Origin: the human T2T-CHM13v2.0 reference genome, Homo sapiens
Reading direction: 5' to 3' (one strand)
Length of the DNA: 64,000 nt
Assembly (NCBI RefSeq): GCF_009914755.1
Contig: NC_060928.1
Part shown: one piece after another, positions 1-14,600 of the stretch
Layout: each line of letters opens with the position of its first letter
How positions within the stretch are numbered: position 1 is the first letter of the stretch
Position numbers and translations under genes: made by a program
Notes under the pieces: model-generated
Databases searched by the model: none
Seen by the model: only the letters and a program-made list of their open reading frames with translations
Told to the model about the DNA's origin: nothing

Positions 1-139
1 ATAAACTTACAGCTTTGAGATGTATTTATTTTTTAATCTAAGAAGTACTTATTGAGCACCTATCTGTAAAAGATGCTATAGAAGATGTTGAGAAAATATA
101 AAATACAGTCTCTGACTTGAAAACATTGTTTTCATTTGC

Positions 140-268
140 TACATCCTCCCTCATTAACTGGCCATTTTCTCATCTTTAAAACAAGCAAAATCATAGTACC
201 TACTTCATTTACTTTTTCTGAAGATTAAAGAAAATGACCATTTAATGAGGTTATCCCAGTGCCTGGTA
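140..268 (+). mobile_element. MIR fragment
   Basis: MIR core-like 'ttttctcatctttaaaacaagcaaaatcatagtacctacttca...cagtgcctgg'. Confidence 0.55.
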
Positions 269-480
269 ATTGCATGATTAACAAATCATGCAAAAATTAC
301 TAGTTCATCATAACTACTAAGCAACCGTAATTCCTTAAGTAGCCTTCATATGACTTGATTTCAAGTTGTTTACTATTCTAGTTGTAGACATTTCCTTTCT
401 AATTGTCTATGTTTTTAGTGAAGTATATCAATCAGAAAAATTTTAATAATATACATTTGGTTTGTCCTACCAAAGGTAGA

Positions 481-656
481 TAGTTGTTTTCAAACTTAAA
501 GTTGCAAAGTGCATAAAGATTACTCTGGAGCTTGTTAAAATTGCAAATAATTATAAAAATCTTTCTAGAGTTTCTGAAGCAATAGGTACATGGTGTGGAG
601 TGCAGTAATCTGCATGTTTATGAACATGTCCTGAGAACTGCACTTCGAAAAATGCT
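481..656. mobile_element. MER5-type hAT-Charlie DNA transposon remnant
   Basis: 'ttttcaaactt...ctggagcttgttaaaattgca...agagtttctga...aatctgcatgttta...cacttcgaaaaatgct' resembles the MER5A/B consensus. Confidence 0.6.
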
Positions 657-660
657 CAAT

Positions 661-985
661 CTGGGTGTGGCGGCTCACATCTGTAATCCCAACACTTTGG
701 GAGACCAAGATAGGAGGATCACTTCAGCTCAAGAGTTCAAGACCAACCTGTACAATAGGGAAAAACCTTGTCTCTACAAAAAATACCAAAATTAGTTGGG
801 CATGGTGGTGCATGCCTGTGGTCCCAGCTACTTGGGAGGCTGAGGTGGGAGAATCACTTGAGCCCAGGAGGTTGAGGCTTCGGTGAGCCAAGATCATAAC
901 ACTGCACTCTGGCCTGGGCAACAAAGTGAGACCCTGTCTCAAAAAAAAGAAAAAAGAAAAGAAAAAAGGAAAAGAAATGAAAAAG
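661..985 (+). mobile_element. AluJ
   Basis: Dimeric Alu with A-rich tail and J-type 'gaatcacttgagcccaggagg'. Confidence 0.93.
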
Positions 986-1130
986 ACTTAATAAAACTAT
1001 CATCTCTCTTGTTTAGGTGTTTTACCTTCTCTTAATGCAGCTTAGAGAACATCAGAAGTTTTGAAAGTCAGATCATCCTGATGGCTGCTTGCATTTACTG
1101 TAAGTAAAAACACCAGAATGTTCTCCTTAG

Positions 1131-1453
<323 letters not shown>

Positions 1454-1799
1454 ATTAAATTTTTTAATTTTTAATTTTTCCCCCATCTCTTAAAACTATC
1501 ACAAGGGTAGCCTTCTTCATCCAGGTCTTTCATTGTCCTAGTTTGGAGAAGAAGGACATATTCCCCAAGTGGAGGGCACTTTCAGGACACATGAGATCTT
1601 AACAGCCTGAGGAGATGAACAATCTAAACAAAACTAAGAAACAAGTCAAGACAAGAGACTTCTGGTTTAGCGCAGGTCTATTTGTAAGCCTGTTTTTCAT
1701 CTCCTAGCTTAATGGCTGAGCTTTGTCAAGGTTCCGTTTGGTCTCTATTCATTTAATCTGTGCTTTTAATTAAATTAATTGATTAAAAACATTTAATCC

Positions 1800-2295
1800 A
1801 CCCATCTTATCAGATAGTTATTATTGTTCTCCCCCATTTTAATGATGAGGAAACTAAGGTACAGAAAGGTGAAGTGACTTTACCAAGGTCACACAGCTAA
1901 TAAATAATGGAACTAGGCCGGGCACAGTGGCTCACGCCTGTAATCCCAGCACTTTGGGAAGCTGAAGCGAGCAGATCACGAGGTCAGGAGTTTGAGACCA
2001 GCCTGGCCAACATGGTGAAACCCCGTCTCTACTAAAAATACAAAAATTAGCTGGGCGTGGTGGCAGGCACCTGTAATCCCAGCTACTCTGGAGGCTGATG
2101 CAGGAGAATTCCTTGAAACCAGAATTCAGAGGTTGCAGTGAGCTGAGATGGCACCTCTGCACTCCAGCCTGGGCAACAAGAGCAAAACTCTGTCTCAAAA
2201 AAATAAAAATAAAAAATAATGGAACTAGTATTTGAACCCGGGCAGTCTGGCTTCAATGTGTATGTTCACAACTGCTGTGTCATATTGCCTGCCTG
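1800..2295 (-). mobile_element. MIR interrupted by an Alu
   Basis: 'ccccattttaatgatgaggaaactaaggtacagaaaggtgaagtgactttaccaaggtcacacagcta' resumes after the Alu as 'tatttgaacccgggcagtctggc'. Confidence 0.8.
1916..2211 (+). mobile_element. AluS with TSD AAATAATGGAACTA
   Basis: Full-length Alu with the same 'aaataatggaacta' on both flanks. Confidence 0.95.
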
Positions 2296-3530
2296 AGGAT
2301 CAATAGATGCCACACTGAAAAATGACAAATGTGACACTTCTTTCAGTTTAAATACAGATGGGGTATGAGCTCTCCTTTTCCTCTTTGGTAAACCTTAGAG
2401 TTTTAGGTGCCATGCTTAGATAAACTTATATGTTAGTTTAAAAAAAAATACACACATACAATGAACTAGACAATGGTCTTTTGCTTTAACTAGGCTTAAA
2501 ATGAAATAAAATTATCCTCTTTTTTAAAAAAATTACAGAGGCCGCAATACATAACGCTGATCTTACAGAGCTGTTTTGAGAATCAAATTAGATAATTTAT
2601 ATGAAAGCTCCTATAATGGTTTTAGCATAGAATAGATGCTTAATAAATTGTATTTGCTTTATTTTTGAAATTGCAGATGTTTTGCTATAATACCCTGTTA
2701 GGAAAGAGCTGCTTACATTTAAGAATGAGGGAGAAAATCAGCTTTTTACTCTAAAGTTGGTTGGTAAACATCATTACAACTAAAAGCCTGCGTTGGTATA
2801 ACAGTGTAAGCCTCTCATTTGTTGCTCTGCCTGCATCCCCATCACAGTGCCTGGGTCATAGAATTTGACCAAGTATAAGTGACTAAGCATAGTATTTGTG
2901 ATACCAAACAAAATTACAAATTAATTAACATTTTATAACAATCGGTTACAAAAGCTGAAAAGAAAGTTCAAACAAAAAAGGAGAAGAAAGGTATACACCT
3001 ATTGAATTCCTAATGTGTGCTATAAAATATACCAGGCGTTTTCTCAAATGTAATTTCATTTATGCTTTATATAACAACTCTTATAAATGTTGTTAGTGAG
3101 CACTAACTTGAGCTTTTTCTAGGATTCAGAAATGAGGAAAACCGCATTGTCCTTTACAGATAAAGTATGAACCACCACATAAAGACTGACAGCAGAACAC
3201 TCACAATCATCTATTTGACGTCTAGGACTGAACCAATGCAAAGAGAGGGTGTGGGAATGAGCCGCAGTGTTGGGCAGACCCAAAGAGTACAGTAATAACT
3301 TCTACCGATCGGGCACTTGCCCTATTGCTCTATGCCAAGCAGTGTACTAAGCACTTTTCTTTATTTTTCTGACACTGTGAGACAGAGATAGATTTGGAGC
3401 CCGACTATAGGCCTGTCTGACTTTGATGTCTATACTACTGGGATCACAAAAGCAAATGTCACCAGTTCCTGACCTGCCAGTGTCTGGTAGAACTCTTTTG
3501 ACAATAAAGAGTTCTAATGAACATTTGTCA

Positions 3531-5366
3531 CTTTTTTTTCTTCAAACCTTTATTTTAAGTTCAGGGGTATATGTGCAGGTTTGTTACATTGGTAAATTGT
3601 GTGTCTTGAAGATTTGGTGTGCAGATTATTTCATCACCCAGGTAATAATCATAGTACCCGATAGGTAGTTTTTCTATACTCATTCTCCTACCACCCTCCA
3701 CCCTGAAGTAGGCCTTAGTCTACTGCATGACAACATGTGGTATTTGATTTTCAGTCCCTGCATTAGTTTGCTTAGAATAATGGCCTCCAGCTGCATCCAT
3801 GTTACTACAAAAGACATGACCACATTCCTTTTCATGGCTGTGTAATATTCCATGGTGTGTATATACCATATTTTCTTTATCCAGTCCACTGTTGATGGGC
3901 ATTTCAGTTAATTCCATGTCTCTGCTACCGTGAATAGTGCTGCAATAACACACACATGCATATATCTTTATGGTAGAATGATTTCTAGTCTTTTGGGTAT
4001 ATACCCAATAATAGGATTGTTGGGTCAAATGATAATTCTGTTTTAAGTTCTTTGAGAAATCTCCAAGCTGTTTTCCACAGTGGCTGAATGAGTTTACATT
4101 CCCCTAGCAGTGTGTAAGCATTCCCTTTTCTCTGCAACCTTGCCAGCATCTGTTATTTTTTGACTTTTTAATAACGGCCCTTCTGACTGATGTGAGATGA
4201 TATCCCATTGTGATTTGGATTTGCATTTCTCTAATGATTAGTAATGTTGAACATTTTTTAGATGCTTATTGGCAGCATGTATGTCTTCTTTTGAGAAGTG
4301 TCTGTTTGTGTCTTTTGCCCATTTTTAATAGGGTTGTTTTTTGCTTGTTGATTTGTTTAAGTTCCTTATAGATTCTGGATATTAGATCTTTGTCAGATGC
4401 ATGATTTTCAAAAAATTTTTCCCATTCTGTAGGTTATCTGTTTATGTTTACCGTGTTGATAGTTTCTTTTGCTGTGCAGAAATTCTTTAATTAGGTCCCA
4501 TTTGTCAATTGTTTTTGTTATAATTGCCTTTTGGTTCTTCATTATGAAATATTTGTCAGAACTTATGTCCAAAATGGTATTTCTTAGGTTTTCTCCTAGA
4601 GTTTTTATAGTTTCAGGTTTTACATTTAAGTCTTTAATCTATCTTGAGTTGCTTTTTGTATATGGTGAAAGGAAGAAGACCAGTTTCAATCTTCTACATA
4701 AGGCTAGCCAATTATCCCAGCTCGATTTATTGAGTGAATCTTTTCCCCATTGCTTGTTATTGTGAACTTTGTCAATGATGAGATGATTGTAGGTGTGTGG
4801 CTTTATTTATGGGCTCTCTATTCTGTTCCATTGGTCTAATGTGTCTGTTTTATTACAAGTACCATGCTGTTTTGGTTACTGTAGACTTGTGGTATAGTTT
4901 GAAATCAGGTACTGTGATGCCTCTGGCTTTGTTCTTTTTGCTTAGGATTGCTTTGGCTATTTGGGCTCTCTTTTGATTACATATGAATTTTAAAATAGCT
5001 TTTTCTAATTCTGTGATAAATTTTCTGGTTAGTTTGATAGGAAAAGCATTAAATCTGTACATTGTTTTAGGTAGTATTTTAACAATATTGATTCTTCCTA
5101 TCCATAAGCATGGAATGTTATTCCATTTGTTGGTGTTGTCTCTGATTTCTTTCAGAAGCGTTTTGTAATTCTCCTTGTAGAGATCTTTCACCTTCGTGGT
5201 TAGCTGTATTCCTCGGTATTTTATTCTTTTCGTGGCTATTGTAAATGGGATTGCATTCTGGATTGGGTCTCAATTTGGATGCTGTTGGTATATAGAAATA
5301 CTACTAATTTTTATACATTGATTTTGTATCCTGAGACTTTGCTGAAGTTGTTTATGAGATCTAGGA
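3531..5366 (-). mobile_element. L1PA15/16-like 5'-truncated LINE-1 (3'UTR and ORF2 end)
   Basis: Poly-T then L1PA 3'UTR 'tttattttaagttcagggg'; ORF 4853-5191 reads as L1 ORF2p ([15 protein letters not shown]...[17 protein letters not shown]); many stops and frameshifts. Confidence 0.93.
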
Positions 5367-5559
5367 ACTGAGGTGTTTCCAGTCTTCTTGCCACAACAGT
5401 CTAATGGAGAATGCTGGGAAAAGCACTTCATCAGGGTGGCGGCAGCAAGATCTGAACTCATTCACATGTGCCATCAATAGTAGCAGCACAACCCATTTGA
5501 CACATTTTTTTTTTGGCTACTTAATATTTATCTTTTTCCATGATTGGATAGCTACATAA

Positions 5560-5903
5560 TATGTGTCTTCGTAGAAGGCCAAGCCAATTTGATACTCATC
5601 AGACCTGGAATTCAGAGTTAAGGATGCTGAGAAGCAGAGGCTACATAGCTGCTACATCCCATCTAGTTTTTAGTTACCACACTGTGGGCAGTGCACTGGT
5701 AGCTCTAGAGACCCAGGCCAACTTTCGCTACAGGAAGCAATATTCTGTTCACCACGTTCCCTAGCACAGCTCTGACACAGCCTCGCGTTATTCCTCTTCA
5801 CTTTCTGCTCCTGGCTCCCCCAAACTTCTCATGATCCCATGAGTCAGCTAACAGCCTTTCAATTAGTTATTTTTCTGCTTACATGAGAACACTGACTGAC
5901 ACA
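5560..5903 (+). mobile_element. Old ERVL LTR (LTR33-like) 3' part
   Basis: Ends 'cctttcaattagttatttttctgctta...ctgactgacaca', like LTR33-group termini. Confidence 0.45.
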
Positions 5904-8559
5904 AACATCATAGTCAACCTACATAGTCAAAGGAGTCTCTCTGGGGATAGGTGAATGGAGCTGTCTTAGCCTCATCCATCTAAAACTTCATCATACAACT
6001 CTATCTCTTGCTTATCCCCAGGAAAATTTTAAATCATGATTTGGTTTCAGTCCTTTGAAAAAGAGTAAGTCAGTCATGCCAACATGAAAATTCCCATTCA
6101 CCAGAATGACTCTGCTTCTCAAGTTAATGCATCTGACTTCTGGCTTTCTGACATCAGTGTCAGGAGTTTCGTTGATGTGAATCTACTTTTGAAAACTAGA
6201 TTCAACCTTATGTGCTAACAACTCATGTGACTGAGGGTCAGAAAAAAGGGATGTTGGTAAATTCCCAAATTCACTACCATTTGGGAAAAAACTGGCTGTC
6301 TTTCAACAATTATTAGCTCAGCCTTGCCTTCAAACTTTTCCTTCATGTAGGTGAATAGAAACAGAGTAAGTAGAAAAAACATCTGGTAATGTAACTGTCA
6401 AGCAACAACAATGGGAAGTTTCAGAATCCATCATTTGCCTATGACCTAACTGTCAGAAATTTGCAAAGTCATTAATAATATGAGAAAATTCCAAGATCAA
6501 TACTTAATTTAAAATGCAAGAGAGCAGATAAGATGATAAAGTAATCTTTAAATTCCATCTGAAGGTGCAGGAAAATGGTTAGAACAGAGGAGGACTCTCC
6601 AGGTGGATTGCAAGGCAAGGGGGATCTGAGGGGAGATGCTCAGAGACAGAGATCAACCCAAGGTTCTCAAAGAGCCATGCATGAAGAGAGAAAAGAACTC
6701 CAGCTCACAGGAGTAAATAAGGGAGGTAATACAGGGAAAATATCATAAACTTTTATCAGTCCCCAAAAATGTGTTATATAGGTGCACAAAATCCACTGAG
6801 AGCCAGTGGACAGCTGAGACAGAAACCGTGCATCAGGAAATCCTGGCAATGAGAGGACCAAGTTTGGAGCTTTGGGACAAAACTATTGGGCAATGAGGTT
6901 TTAAGCAAATGGAAGAGAAGGCGAGTTTGTAGCTTCCATCAGTCTCAATCACACTGTGTAAAATTTGAGGCTGCTTCATATCATGCATAGTCCCAACGCC
7001 TCAAATCCCTCTTGAAAGCATGATTTAATATCTACCAGGAATTTTTGTTCAAATTTATTGAAAATATGTGACATTTGGACTACTTCTGTTTAAATAGTCT
7101 TGAAATTTGGGGTACAGTAAAAACCTCAGTTTGTTCAACTTCCAGTGCAACCAATCACACTGAGAATGTAAAGTCTCAGGCCCTCAAATAAGATTTCATA
7201 TATCCAGCTGTCTGACTGTAAATGCCAATTAAAAATCATTTTGTAGCTTCTCTTTTGTCCATGTTAAAAAGATATCAAGGACTTAATTTTTTACCTGCAT
7301 TTCTGATAACAAATTAGTTATTCTAACCCATCTCAGAATCTGACAAATTCTTAGGTTCAGTGCAAAATTTCTCTTGCCTATTGTGTTTCGTTATTTGAAA
7401 CAACCTACCAAGACAGACCAGTATTTTATATCAATGGCTTTAAAAAGCACATGACAATGTGCTTATATAGCATTGTCACACAATTTTAAGACATCATCTA
7501 TCTTTAAGAATCATTCTTCTAAATCTGCACTGATGCTCTCAGGTCATTGTAAAACATACATTTTCAGATTCACAGCATTTTAAAAGCTTCCAAGAGTTAA
7601 AGCTTTGAAAGCTTTTAAAATGGTTTATTGATCTAAAGTGCCAGTTGAGAAGGTCTAATTTATGTTTCCCAGTTATAATAGTATTGTCTATAGTAATCTA
7701 TATTCTTCTATCTGTAGTAATCTATATCCTTTTGAAGTTTGACAAGTTCATTTTCCACTATATTTATACCACTCCACTTATTCCATCATTTCCAAGGTAT
7801 TCTATCATAGCTAAAACCCAAAAATAAGTAAAAGGTGGAAGAGGCACCGTGTATACAAAAGTATAATGATTTCTTTCATTCTTTATTTCAACTAAGGTAG
7901 ATGACATAAATTTCCCATTCAAACATGGCATCAATAGGAGACTTCATTGACTACAATGAATCAAGGTTTTCTAAAACCTTCAATAGCTAATTTACACTGA
8001 GTTAGCTGTACATGAAGGACGGAATTGAATTTGAGTAAGTTATTTTATTTTTTAAAAAAATAACAAATGAAAACTAATTGTACTTCATTATTCCCAGGAG
8101 GCAAAGAATTATCAAGGTACAATTTAATGATGATGAATTCTACCCCAAGAGAAACATTAGCCCTATGGATTTACTTCTCAGTATTTTCATTACTCCATAT
8201 GCATTATATATGCATTTAAAAATTTATATACATTTTTATGTCATTTAAGCAAAATATAACTTGACAATAGGAAATACCTCTTGAGAATTACTGTCCCAGC
8301 CATATAAAGAGGGTAAAGATAAAAATCAACGACAATGCAGATCTTGCAATACAATCATAAATATGATTTCAAAGTTAAATTTTATGCTTTTTCCAGACCA
8401 TGTTTGTTAGAAATTTACTAGAACACTCTTCTGGAACCTCTTTCCTACAGTTATGTAAGTTGGATAGCATTAACAACTTTAAGAGAGAACTTTGTCACTC
8501 ATTTGACAAAGAACAAGCAATATATTCATGAAATATAAGGCACTAGTGCTAAAACGGTG

Positions 8560-8780
8560 ATCATTTATGTGGCATTTTATGCTTTCTTTATGTTTTCTTT
8601 ATAACACATATCACAATTTTCATTTCTTTCATGTGTGCTTTCCTAGTGGTCATTTGCCTTACCTTTCCTTTGATGATAAGTTCCATGAGATCATACTGAT
8701 TTTGCTCACTACTATGGTACATACTGCCAGATGGTAGCTGACACAGACTAGGCTCCCTTTAATACCTATTGAATGAATGG
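8560..8780 (+). mobile_element. L2 3' end fragment
   Basis: 'taagttccatgag...tttgctcactact...gacacagactaggctccctttaatacctattgaatgaatg'. Confidence 0.55.
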
Positions 8781-9869
8781 GTAAAAAGAAGCATATATTT
8801 GTCAGACATGTTTCTCATGGGTCTGTTGTGAAAGTCAGTCCATTTGAACTTGAACACCTCTGGGATATACAAAGAAAGAAAAATAATGAGACAACAAAGG
8901 ATTTGGGGTTTAATATTTTGTTATGTCGCATAGCTGTATGGTAAATTTGGAGAGTATGCTGTTCCCCAAACTTGCTCCTGACACATGGTGACTATTTCCA
9001 CCATTATTTCTTACACCCAAAAAATAAATAGAGCTGTAGATGCCGCAAAAGAGTCATTCTGTTGTTGATATGAACAATAAAATGAAAAATAGGAACTAGA
9101 TTACAACCAGAATACGGTCAAATGGTTTGTTTTATGATAAAATTGAGTCATTATCCTTACTTATCATTCTCACCACAAACCCCCCAAAATTAATATTTCA
9201 GCTACTGTTATTTATTAAAATACTAATCACTGACATAATTTTTAATTAAACATCATGGCATTAAACCATGCTTGCAGAGCACCATTCAACTAATCCTGCA
9301 TGTGTCCTTAGCAAAGAAATTCCAGCTGCCACTATTTGATCAGTTAGCACTGGCACTGAGATCTAGTTTTCACTGTTCTGGTCACTCTCCATCTTATTAC
9401 ATAATTGTCAGGTTTGAGAGGACATGTTCTTCCTACTATAGTAAAAGAGCTGGAATAATTCACAAATATAATGCAGTGGTAAACTAAAATGCATTTCAAC
9501 ATTGTTGGAAGGCATATAGAAAGTATGTAAGGAATTTTGCAGAAATAAATTTTACAATATTTTTTGTAGCGTGGAAATTGAATCAAAATGTTAATGTTTA
9601 TAATATTCTTGACTAACGCATATTGTATATTAATCTTGAAATGCATAAATAGTTTTTGTGAATCATAAAGAAAACTATAAGAAAAGATATAGCTCAATGG
9701 TAATTACTTCTTTAGTAAAATGTTTTAGGAGGAAAACTATGTAAGTGTAATCAATAATGCGGTGACTTTTTACCTGGAATTTTAACAGGATTCCAAAGTA
9801 AGCATACAGAAAAAGCACTACAGGTAAAATTTATTCAGTACCCAATTCAAAAGAAAATAATTACAGTAA

Positions 9870-10291
<422 letters not shown>

Positions 10292-10616
10292 TAATATAAT
10301 GGAGAGGAACCATGAAACTATTTTGCACCACACAAAACCTCAACAGTTATCTCCATTACTCACTAATTGAATCATTCATTCTAGTGTGTATTTATTGAAT
10401 TCATAACATTCAAAGAGTTTAAAATAAGTAGCATGTTTTACTTTTACAGAAGATAATGTTCCAAATTGGCAACAATTTTGGTAGTAATAAATAATCATCA
10501 ATTGTAGGATATTAAGCAGAGCCTTTTGAAAAATATAAATTACATTTAATCAACCTTTTTAAAGAAAAAGTGACATTTCAACAAGTGACAGTGTAATTGA
10601 TTATTTTACAATAGTA

Positions 10617-11058
10617 TTTTATTTTTCTATTTATTTATTTATTTTTTATTTTTTGAGATAGGATCTCACTCTGTCGCCAGGATGGAGTACAGTGGTATGA
10701 TCTTGGCTCACTGAGGCCTTGATCTCCTGGGCTCAATCAGTCCTCCTACCTCAGCCACCCAAGTAGCTGGGATCACAGGTGTGCGCCACCATGCCAGCTA
10801 ATTTTTAAATTTTTGTGGAGATGGAGTCTCCCTATGTTTCCCAGGGGGAAAAAATTGAAATATCAGTCCCAAATCAACATGTCCTGTGCTCTGTGATAGT
10901 AGTTCCTGTCTGAGAATTTTAAGGGGACATGGACTTGAGAGGTTTAAAAACAGAAGCTACTCACCAAGCATTATCTTAAATTCCTGGGCTCAAGTGATTC
11001 TCCCACCTCGGCCTCCGAAAGTGCTGGGATTACAGGCATGAGCCACCACACCCAGCCC
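10617..11058 (-). mobile_element. AluJ interrupted by a non-Alu insert (10846-10973)
   Basis: Alu stops at 'ctatgtttcccagg' and resumes at 'tcttaaattcctgggctcaag'. Confidence 0.93.
10849..10974 (+). repeat. Dispersed direct copy of 12705-12826
   Basis: Shared 'aaatatcagtcccaaatcaacat...gatagtagttcctgtctgaga...gaagctactcaccaagc'; about 9 substitutions and one 5-nt indel by eye. Confidence 0.95.
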
Positions 11059-11410
11059 AACAGTTTATTTATTTTTTTAAATGCTTTCATCATTAAGTGT
11101 TCTTTTTCTGCTGAAAATAATATATCACTACTTTCAAACTCTTATATTCATATTTGAAACTTGGAAACAGAATTTCTTCTCCTCTGAAAAACCTCTCCAA
11201 GATCTCTCAACACCTAGCACCCAAGTTGTGTTTCCTAAATGCTATTCTTCAGTGAAAGGTGGCTTTGAACCTAAGCTTAAAAATGTTAAAACCAACAACT
11301 TCTGATTACTTTTCAAAAACATTGACTGATTTCAGAGAAAGATAAATTAATTAACTCAATTTCATTGAAAAATGTACATAATCACAATTGAGATTGAAGA
11401 TCAGGCACCA

Positions 11411-11709
11411 TTTTTCTTTCCTTTTCTTTTAGAGATAGGGTCTCACTCAGTCACCCAGGAGTGGCGCAACCTTGGCTCTCTGCAACCTCAAACTCGTGGG
11501 CTCAAGCAATCTTCTTGTCTCAGCCTCCCAAGTAGTTGGGATTACAGATGCATACCACTGCACCCAGCTAATTTTGTTAAATTATTTTTTATGGAGATGG
11601 GGTCTCACTGTATTGCCCAGGCTGGTATCAAACTCTAGGCCTCAAATGATCCTTCCACTTCGGCCTCCCGAAGTGCTTGGATTACAGGTATGAGCCACCA
11701 CACTTGGCC
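11411..11709 (-). mobile_element. AluJ
   Basis: Antisense Alu ending 'gagccaccacacttggcc'. Confidence 0.92.
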
Positions 11710-11769
11710 AAGAATAATTTTTCATAAATCATTTTATTTAAATATCTGTATTTTCCAATATTATTATAT

Positions 11770-12720
11770 TAAATAAGACAGACACTAAAAGCAAATATTG
11801 AAAAAAATTAAATTAAAAAATAGATTCAAATTTTCAAAATAATGAAATATATTCAATCATGTTGCACTCACTAAAAATGTTAGTACATTATGCTAGTGAA
11901 AGCAATGGTGTTTTTGCATTGTTAATAAAAAATAAAATTATTTTATATTTATCTCATCTTTCTGAAGTTACATATATGTTCAAACTTTATGTGAAAGTTC
12001 GAATATATATATAATATATTATGACTACATGTAGTTAATGTGTTATAAATAACTATCCATATATGTGAATGCCTATGTTGAGGCTTAGAAAACGATACCC
12101 CAAAGTATGGTGCTTTGGTGTGCTGAGCACTTTGAACTAAAAAAAATTAAAAGGCCTTAGAAGCAGCCTCAGAACCAATGACTGTCTAACCTTTATTTCT
12201 CCCCCTAAGTGCAGGATGGAACACTGTCTCTGAAGTTCCCTTATCTGTAGCTCTTTCAGAAGGAACATAATTGCCTTGAATCCCCTTCCTGAGATTTCAT
12301 TAACCAGAGCATTAAACTCACGTGGTAGGAGGGAAGACTAAGGAATGTTACCACACCTGTCCCATTCCATTTCCAAAGAGAACCATTTACAAACTATTGT
12401 CTGTTCTTTGGGCTCAATCAACTCTCCTAAAGATTATTTACTACCTCTCCAAATTGCCTCCATTACCCCATCTCCCTCTGCTCTATGAAGAGGGTGCTAT
12501 TTAAATTCTACCCATTTAGCCCTTCTTTGAGTCGCATATTTCACATGGCTCCCATACACACTTGCACATTTACAAATCTGTATGCTTTTTCTGTTAATCT
12601 ATTGTCAGTTTATTTCAGCAAACTCAAACCTTCAGAGAGGAAGTGAAAAATCCCTTTTTTCCTATACTTGTTCAAAAATGTTGTACTGATAAGAATGAGG
12701 AATCAAAAAAATGGAAATAT
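11770..12720. mobile_element. Ancient hAT-Charlie remnant split by the LTR at 12076-12666
   Basis: Terminus-like 'ttcaaaaatgttgtactgataagaatgaggaatcaaaaaaatgg' follows the LTR. Confidence 0.35.
12076..12666 (+). mobile_element. ERV1 solo LTR, MER34-like
   Basis: Starts 'tgttgaggcttagaaaacgataccccaaagtatggtgctttgg'; ends 'aaaccttcagagagg...tttttcctata'. Confidence 0.75.
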
Positions 12721-13355
12721 CAGTCCCAAATCAACATTTCCTGTGTTCTGTGATAGTAGTTCCTGTCTGAGAGTTTTAAGGGGACATGAACAGGTTTGAA
12801 AATGGAAGCTACTCACCAAGCTTTATTACCCTTATCTTCACGCATTAGCAGAAACTTGTTTTTGTGGGCTGCTTGTAATTGTCAGTTTATTATCAAGTCA
12901 ATGTGGGATGCTTTGTGATGTAATTTAGAGCAGAGAAAAGTAAGAACTAGCAGTTGCCTAGAATGGGGACCTCAGCCATTTTTTATCATTCAACCTCTCC
13001 ATCTATGTGATGAGACAACTCCTTGACAAAGGAATTAACAGACACTGAGAAAGATTTTTTTGTGCCTCCTGGCAGAGTAAAAATCCAACTCAGAGTAGTA
13101 AAAAACCTGTATACTCCATGCCTGAAGTTATGAAGATCTGGAAACTGCAGATGGATCTGAGGGGACAATGAAATAAGAATTCTTTCACAGGAGCACTGGA
13201 GAAGCAAAGATCCTAGGAAGATAGCTATGCTAACTTGTCTAGAGAGGACAGAGCATCTGTATACCTCTGCCTCCCACCCCAGCCTTAAGAGACTTAGAGG
13301 CTTTAGGAACAAGACAACTAAAAAAGGGCATGTCACCTGATTTTCTGACACCCTC

Positions 13356-14327
<972 letters not shown>

Positions 14328-14600
14328 CCCTACTCCCTCTTTTTCCCTTGCAAACTTAAAATGCTTTTTGACTTCGGAAAATTAACAAGACTCTTAAAAC
14401 AAATATTTAATCTTTGTGCAGCTGAGGCAAACAAGGTAATATCCAAGACAGATAGAGGAAGGTAATGGCTTTTCCCTCTGATCATAGGAAGTGTGAGGAA
14501 AAGCAGTAATGAGCAAAAGCAGATCCAGCAGAAAATCCATGGGCTCTATCATCCTGACCACTCTCCCAAGTGAAGAGCTTGATTTACATCCTGAGGGACT

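Noticed and set aside
4853-5191. ORF similar to L1 ORF2p
   Set aside because: Fragment of a truncated, frameshifted L1; not a functional CDS.
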